From assembly GCA_050575255.1 (NCBI GenBank), contig JBNZDD010013686.1, positions 2,609,155 through 2,673,154 on the forward strand: 64,000 nucleotides of DNA. The letters are read 5' to 3'. Both the position numbers and the translations under genes were made by a program. Source of the DNA: Harriotta raleighana (Eukaryota). The notes beneath the pieces are model-generated. The model searched no databases and was not told the origin of the DNA. It saw only the letters and a list, made by a program, of their open reading frames with translations. Each line of letters begins with the position of its first letter. Position 1 is the stretch's first letter. Shown piece after piece: positions 15,601 through 24,600 of the stretch.

Positions 15601-18600
15601 TATCTTGTTTTGTATTAGAAGCAAGTGTTCAAAGTCTTATCAGAAATCCCTTTTTTAATCTTAAACCAGTGATGTTTTCTATAAGTATAGCACAGAGTTT
15701 AGACTCCGTATATTCCAGCAATCGAATGTTTTGGTGATCTTTTAATCAGTGGTTCATGGTTGGAACTTAATTCAGAATTTAATGATCGCCATTTAATTCA
15801 GAATCAATTTTGCTTACAAAGGGACTTTCTAACAGCTGAGTTAGTGAAGATAAAATGCCCATTATTGCCTACAAACTATCATTACTCTTCGTAACAGTAA
15901 ATCCTGTGAAGCACGTTAAGACTTTCAATGATAGGATATGGCATTATATCAAACGTAATAAATGTTATTATATTTCTAAGATTAAGTCTTAAAAATAAGA
16001 AAGGTTGCTGAATTCCTGGCCAGTGCTAAATTAATGGATCTCAAGACAGCAGTTGAGTACTTTAGGTAACTTAACTCCCTTGGTTCAGAGAAGGAGAACT
16101 CAGCGGGAGGTCCTTGCTTCTGGTCATTACCTTCTGGTCTCAAAATGCACTGTTGAGGATAGGATTGACTGATACGATTCCCCCAAGGAGAAAATAATGT
16201 GCTTCAACCAACCTTATAAATAACATGCCCCAGAAAGAGAGGAAAAAATGTGAGAGCTAGAAATCTGAAATATAGAAAGTGCTGCAAATGCACAACAAAT
16301 CAATCAGCACCTGAACAAGTCAATGGGATAATGCTTTGGTTGACACGCTCCATTTATCTTGACCAATGCATGAAAATCAAGCCTTCCATAGACTACTAGT
16401 ATGAACGTTTAGTGCAATTAAAAAAAAATGCAAATACTCTTATTCATTGTAAAATTAATTGATGCAAATAGATTGTACAAAAAAACAAAATTGATTCTGG
16501 GCCTGTCTGTTATTTTCTTCAGCATGCCTCTGAGGGTATTGTGAGGTTTGATGCCATCGCTTCACTGAAATATGAGGAGCTCTCTCCAGCTTTAACTCTA
16601 AAAAATTGGGTCCAGACTCTCCGGTAATACAAATTTAATTATTAATCGATTTTAGTGAGAAAACGTTTCATTTATTTTGAACTTGGTGCAAATTTTAATG
16701 TGCTGTCTCTTTTCCAATAGTGGGATCATTCATACCTCTTCATTTTCCTTTGACCATATCAAGTCAGGTGTACTTGTAATTGTGTTTGAAATATGTCTAA
16801 TAATTAAAGTTAAAGAGCGATTATTGAAAGGGTGTTTCTCTGTTTTGCAGCCCTGTGGAAGCCAAAACTAGACCTTTAGGATCACGTGATGTTTTGCCAC
16901 ATAACAGACATCTCTATGAACTAGTGCTGACTTACAATTTCAATCAGGTAACTGCCCATAGTGCAGCTCCAGTCAATCATTCAAAATTTGATGGACCTCC
17001 ACCTCGCTCCCTCCCTTGCCTCATTCAAGGCTGGTCTCAAGACCCTCTTTTTGTCTGTTGCCCTCCCAACTCTCCCTCCCCTCCTAACTCTCCCGTCCCT
17101 TCCCCCTACCGTGCCCCTCTCCCTTGCTCGGGTCCCGTCCTGACTGTTCAAGGCCTTGGGCGTCCTCCCGATATGAAAGGTGCTCTAAAATGTAATTTTG
17201 TTGTTATCAGTTTTATTCTACCGCTATTCTAATTGTATGATATTCTGTAGCTATGAGGTTAGCTGAGCTCAGACTTGACAGCTCAAACTTCCACAGGTAG
17301 TTTCACATAGTCTGAAAAGTGGGATAGAAAAAATACATAGCTAAACTTTATGCTACATCTGTTAAAGTACCATTTTTGTAATGTTATGTTTGGCAATATC
17401 AATCAATAATTACATTTATATAGAGCCTTTCACATCGAGAGGATGTCCCAAGGCGCAGAATAGTCAAGTAGGGATCAGAGCAGGGGACAGGGGTGGGGGG
17501 AAGGAAACTAGGAAAATTGACTGTATAGTTGTGAGTGAAATGCGGCAGCCAAATTGCACACAGCAGAATAACATACAAGACAAAGTACAATAAAAGTCTG
17601 TTTATCCGGCACCAGGACCTGGCCAATGTCCGTTAAAACGGCTTTCTGGTTAAATGGTCGGATCCAACTCCGAAAACCCAACACAAATTTTTTTTTAATT
17701 AAAAATTATTTTAACACATATTTTAATAATAGACTAAATCACAGATAATAATGGTCGAATCTGACGCCGAAAACCCAACACAAAAAAATTAACTTATTTT
17801 AACACATGCTATATTAATAATAGACTACATAATAGCAGAATATTGTATGGGTACTTTATTGTAAATGTTGTACGCTGTACCATATAAATAATAGTCTAAA
17901 TGCACTAATAACAGATACTGTAATAAACAGAATATTGTATTAATACTTTATTATTTATACTTAATTTCTGCAATGGCGGCCGCCACGGGAGGAAAAAAAA
18001 CGGCAGCGTGACTTTCAGGCTTTATTAGCGGCAAGCCGAAATACCTGTACAGTACTCTCGTGCGATAGTCGATTCATTAAATGTGCCACCGCTATTCTGC
18101 GGGATAACTTCTGGTTTATCAGATGGAGACTTTTTTTTGACGTACCATTTAAACGGAAGTTCCAGTTCATCGAGTCACAGATAAACGGGCTTTTACTGTA
18201 GTTTTAAAGTTCTAAAGTTCTGTCCCATATCTTTTTGTGTTGCCTCAGACTAAGACTGGAGATGTAACTCTCAGCTGCCCCTTGCTGTGTGACTTGCTGT
18301 ATGAATCAGAATATGACAGTCAACTTTGGATGCTCTTTGATCAAAATAAGAGGATGATTGGAGCAGGAGATGCTTATCCTGATAGGGTAAGAACACAACT
18401 TGTGAAATGTACCTGCTCGATCTAATTTAGGGGGACCTGAATATAAAAAGCTAATTATGATGAAGTAGCTTTGTGGAAGAGGATTGTGTTGGCGAATAAA
18501 CTTCCCAAACTTCTTATTCAAAATCATATACCAGTAGTTGAAGAGAAAACAAATTAACCTTGGCCGTGCATTGTCTTGAATTTCAGCAATGTGACAATTT

Positions 18601-21600
18601 CTCAGTTTTATAAACAAACTCGCTTGCACCAAACAAAACAAGGTCCCAATATGGTCTCTGTGCATGAGTGTTCTCTAAGGATTATGTTCTATCACTAAAA
18701 TGGAATCAATTCCCAGTGTTTGATTTGAATATGTTAATCCTTTTGTTGAAGTAAGCTTTTTATTAAATGCAATCTGCTTTCTTTGCAGTATCCCCTCAAA
18801 TTGGAGAAAGGGGACTATACTGTTCGCCTACAGATTCGTCATGAAGGGCTCACTGAGTTAGAGCCTTTGACAGACCTGCCTTTCCACATCAGTCGCAAGC
18901 TCCCATCGCCACTATCTCTGGATATCTATAAGACACATGCTAATGCTCTCCTGGGCAAGAGCAAGTTTGGTTCTCTCACACTTCCACCAAAATTCACTGT
19001 TCCTTTCTATGCCACTTCATTGCCAGATGACAAGTAAGTAATAGTGCAGTGTTACATATTATAGCAGCAGTGAAAAAGGAGGAAACAGCTACTGATTTAG
19101 CTGCCCTCTCTAGGGCCTAGGTGTGTTCTCAATTCAGTTCAAATTGGTTCAAGTTAATTCTTTGCAAAGACTGATTGATGTACAGTAGAGATGAGCCAAC
19201 CTGATGAACAGTGGAAATGAGCCAATAAGGTTCAAACTTTTTTTTATTCAGAAACTAGTTGAAGAAACCTTAGTGCAGGGCACCACCAAGTTTGAAAAGA
19301 GTAACAGAAAATCAAGATGAGTGAAGAAGTGGTAAGGTGATGCAAAGCTTGGACTTTCAAAGCCTATAGATGGCGCAAGAGGAAAATCCGAGGTAACACA
19401 TTCTATAATTTTTAGATCTGGGGAAAGATTGAGATATATTAAGAAACAGTGAGATGAGTTTGATTTCTACATAGGAGGATGCATGAAGAAACAGTTAGGA
19501 AAAGTGTGAAAATGTTGGCCATTGTGCTGTATATATCTGATAATGTAAATTTACCTTTCTTCTCTAGAGTTCCCAAAGGTATTGAGATTGGGTGCTATCT
19601 TAAAGGAGTTCTCACACTTTCCAAAACTGAAATGGGCAAGAAAGCTGTAAGTCCTTCTATTGTGAAACCAACATACCTCACATGCTATTTGTTTGAGCTG
19701 TGTGTTTATCTATCTCATAAGAATTAAATTCATTGCAGTAATCTTTTACTGGCAATGGACTTTTCTATCTAGTGAAAGGTGGACTGTTTTACTGTGCCTA
19801 TTGTTACTATTGCAGATATGTAATGTGCAGATTCCTGTACCCTGAGCCAGGGAAAGGGTTCGCTTGAAATATCAGAAATCGGCACACTGTATATATACCC
19901 TTGCGAACTTATATTCCCTTGTATTGTAGAAAACTAACTGCAATTATCTTTATAAGATAGCATTTAATAAAGTAAAAACATTCTTATTCCATACTGATTT
20001 AAAGATGATAGCATTCCACTTGCTTATGAATATCTTATAAATATTAGCCAGAACCTATTCTCTTTTTCTTCAGTGGTTCCACATAATATTTCACCGAACA
20101 ATTGCATGTTGATAAAGAGGTCTCTAAGGCCAATAAATATACTTGAATTGGGATAATGACAATAGCTTCAGTAGATTGACAGTTTCATGGTGGAGAGGAG
20201 CTTCCATGGCAGAGAACACTGTTATTGCACCTCAAGTAGTAATCCAGCTCAGGATCAAATGTCTAATGTCACCTGCTGCTAACTTATACAAACAAAGTAG
20301 TGGCAGGGGAGCAGGAAGACAGAGTAGGTTTGTGCAGTTGGAGACCAACTCCCACTGGATACAAGCCTTCAGCGCATGCTTGGAATGGCCCCAAGTGATG
20401 TATGTACCGTGCCAGTGTTACAGTCGGAGAAGGGAGGGGTCTTGAGTAAGGCTGAGCTAATGAACCACTCGGGAAGTCAGAACTGTGCTTCACCACACAG
20501 ACTACAAGCATTTATTTATCCATCATGAATTTGAACTAATGCATTTCAACAGTATCATTAGATTGGGTTGCCAAAATACCCTTATCATTTTGTTTTCAAT
20601 CAGAGATTATAAGTAAGGAATGGAACAGGCAGCCATTATTGCCATTTTATAAACTACAACTGGCTATTTATGACAGTCAGTACTTTTCACATTAGAACTT
20701 TGTACATCAGGTGACTATTTTGTTCTTGTACTCCAAATCTGATATGTAATGTTTGACCTCAGGCAAGTGGGTGGCAGGGGAGCAGGAAGACTGGCCTATT
20801 TTGTTTGCTTGCTGTTATCTGTAAACTGACTGCAGGAATATCTCATGCGTGCTGTTTTTGTTTCATTGTGGAGTTTTGCATGAAAATTTAAATGATTTTT
20901 TTTAACAAATTCAGTTCCAACTCTATCCTTGATCCACTTTAGTACAACATCCATCTCTTGTTTAAAAAAATGATAGATGTGTTACGCAACAGATAAAGAT
21001 GAATTTAATATCCTGCTGAGCCTTAGATTAATTATCTCTGTCAGTGTCTGTTAGGTGTTCCAGTAACTCCAGCAGTGGAATGATGGACCCAATTTGGTTC
21101 AAAACCAAAGCTAGGAATAAATGCACACATCTGCTACTTGTCAATGCTATTTCAACCAGCTGTAAGCCTTTATTCTTCTGTATGGAAGAGTTTGATCACT
21201 CCCTCTCCATGCAGATTGTTCGATGCTCTTAGTATAGGGAGATGTCCAAATTTGTAGTTGCTGTGATTATGAAATAGTTTTGGGACATGTACATTGGGCT
21301 TGTTTTGAGCATTGTAGAATTGAGTGTCATATTAAGGGAGTGAAGTTCTTAATAGAAAAGTTCACATTGTGTATGTTGATGAATCACTATACAAATATGT
21401 TACAAATAGTTTGGTAGCCTGTTGAGACACACAGATGACCATTGGGATAATTTAGTTTTTATTCAGAATTCATTCTGGAAGGTTAGAAACTTCATGCTGG
21501 AGTTGAGGAAAACATCCCATTAGTAAACAGTTCATGGTTTGTTAGCTGAGCAGATTCCAAATATAACACACTACAAGCTACCTGAAAGCTTGTGTCAGCC

Positions 21601-24600
21601 TTGCTTTTATTCATTTATGCTTGTTGAAGTGAAGGATTGATCCGCTAAAAATTGAAGCATTTTCTTCATTTTGTACCCACTGACAGAATAAGTACTTTGA
21701 ACTGTGCACAGTACATGATTTGTATAATGTAGAGCTTCACCGTCAATGAAACTCAAGATCCAGAGTCTGAAGAATACACTTATATTGTACACCATCTATC
21801 CTTGGGGTTCAATCGTTATGTGGAATTAGGTATAATAATAATATAGTGTAAATGTTCAATATGTTCCCAGATAAAATGGCCATTCGTACTTTATTTGCCA
21901 TATTAAATATTAAAGATATTAAATGCATTTTGGTGTATGCTTTGCAGAATGTTAGCTTGTTACACTGGTAAACATTCTGCATTCTTTTATTTGCAGAGTG
22001 TGCTCCCTGTGAACTACTATCTAGTGTCATCCCCAAACAAGACGAAGAACGGAAATAAAGAAAAGGCAAGCAGGGAAAAAGAGAAGGATCCAAAGGAGGC
22101 ATTTGATGAAGCTATGAGAGATCTCAAGATACACTGGTTACCAAAGTACAGTAAATGTCCTTTAATCCGGCATTTGATAATCCGGAAATCTTTATAGTCC
22201 GGCATCTGCGACGGTCCGTTTTTTTTCCAGTCTGCACATCTCTATGCGCATCTCTTCCCAGAGATCCTTCATTTTTTCCTCGGGAGTCCATCACTGACGT
22301 CACGTTTACGTCACTGACGTAACATGCGCATGCGCGCTTTAATAAGTGCGCGCAATTTATTATTTTTTTAAATTAACTTTCGGCGGGTGCAATGCCTCTG
22401 TAGGCGGCCCGTCTGCTTCGCCGGGATGGGGAGAGGTCTGAGTTTTGCTATACAGGTATGTAACATGGATAAGAGCACAGCACACTCAAATCCTCCCATC
22501 TCCAAGAGCAACATCCAATAATCCACCATATCTACTAATCTGGCACCGCCTAGGTCTCAACCGTACTGGATTGGTGGACTTTTACTGTACATAACATGAA
22601 TTCAGTTTATACAGTACATGAAATTCAATTGAGAATAACTGGACAGCAACCTAAGCTAAAACCTATGTCAAGTCAGTGTGTCATCTATCCAGAGTTTGAA
22701 TGATAGCTTTCAGAATTCCATTTCATGTCCGTGTGGGAGCAATTAGTGACCCATATGTTACACAACATGTAATCAAATTTCATGAGAAGTTCACTTTATT
22801 CCCTGTTGCCCCCTCTTTTTTGCAAACCCTTTTTGTTTTCTTGTAAGGCAAAAACACTCAAATATACTAAACCTTCAATATACAGTAAAAGCCCGTTTAT
22901 CCGTGATTCGATAAACTGGAAAATCCGTTGAACCAGCACCTCAAAAGAAAAAGTCCCGATTCGATAAACCGGAAGTTATCCGGCAGAATAGAGATGACGC
23001 ATTTAATGAATCGATTGTCGCACGCGAGTAGTGTGCAGGTATTTTGGCTGGCCACTAGTCCAGCCTAAAGTCGCACTACTGTTTTTTTTTAAAGTCGCGC
23101 TACTGCTGTTTTTTTCCTCCCGTGGCAGCCATTGCAGAAGTTAAGTATAAGTAATAAAGTAGTCATTATAGTAACTGCTATTAGTGTATTTAATCTATTA
23201 TTTATATAGTATTGTACAACGTTTACAATAAAATAGCCATACAATATTCTGTTATTACAGTATCTGTTATTACTGTATTTAGTCTATTATTTATATGATA
23301 CAGTGTACAACATTTACAAGTACCCATACAATATTACAGTAAAGCAACTGATATTGTTGTTATTTAGTCTATTATTAATATGGTATGTGTTAATATGGTA
23401 TGTGTTAAAATAAACTGTTCAACCAGAAAGCCGTTTAACCAGCATTGGGCAGGTCCTGTGGGTGCCGGATAAACGGGCTTTTACTGTATGAGCTTCAAAG
23501 AACTTAGCACAAAATAAGAGAAATGGAGAACTGTGCTGATTACCTCCTCTAGTTTCATTTTCTCCTTTTCTATTTTTTTTCTGGCGGTCTGAATGAGTAA
23601 ACAAAACAAATCATTTTCTGCAACAAATTCCCTACCAATCACAGTTTTTTTGTTGAACTCTGATCAAAGTGAGGATGTTGTCTGAACATGAACCTTTCAG
23701 AACCAGTGCAATATGTTTAGTCCTGCTTACATTAATTTAACATTGTTCTTATCCTATTCAATTTTGATTTTTCTATTACAGACTGGATCAAGGCTATCTA
23801 TATGACGAATTAGTTTCTGTCTATCCTGAACATTTACCTGTACATGTCGCTTACCTTGCTTACTTGGATTCAGAAAAGGTGTGTCTTTGTGCTCTTGAAG
23901 AAATTATATTTTATTGCTTCAATGAACAGAATGAACAGTCATGAATATTTTCATAATGCTCTTTTTTATATACCCCACATTATGTTCCACTTACAGTAAA
24001 ATTCCTTTAATCTGGTACCTGTTAATCTGGAATGCTTTATAATCTGGCATCTGCAACAGTCCGCCTTTTTCCAATATGCGCATCTCTATGCGCATCTCTT
24101 CCCAGAGAGCCTTCACACTACTCAGTGCATTTTCCTAGGGGCCCTTCACTGACGTTATGTTTAATAAGTGTGCATGCGAGTCCACAATTTAAAAAAATTA
24201 AAATAATTTTTGGCGGGTGGGATGCCTTTGTAGGCGGCCTACCTGCTCCGCCGGGATGGGGAGAGCTCTGGTTTTCACTATACAAGTATGCAACATAGAT
24301 AGGAACACAGCACACTCAAATCCTTCCATCCCTATTGTCCAATAATCTGTCATATTTGCTAATTCAGCACCGCCTAGGTCCTGAACGTTCCGGATTATCG
24401 GAATTTCACTGTATTTTGTGGAAGAAATTTCTCAAGGGTGCAACCACCCTTACTCTTAAAAATTACTCTTAAAACCCTTTTGACTTTAGAAGACTAGTTT
24501 TACCTACTTTAGTACTCCTGTGGCTCAGTGGTTAGAGCACTCGCCTTACATGCCTTACAAGCATGAGGCCTGTGTTCGAATCCAGGGAGATCAGGGCGAA

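Noticed and set aside
24511-24600. tRNA gene (A and B boxes)
   Set aside because: It continues into a multi-copy SINE body and tail; no proper cloverleaf or terminator.
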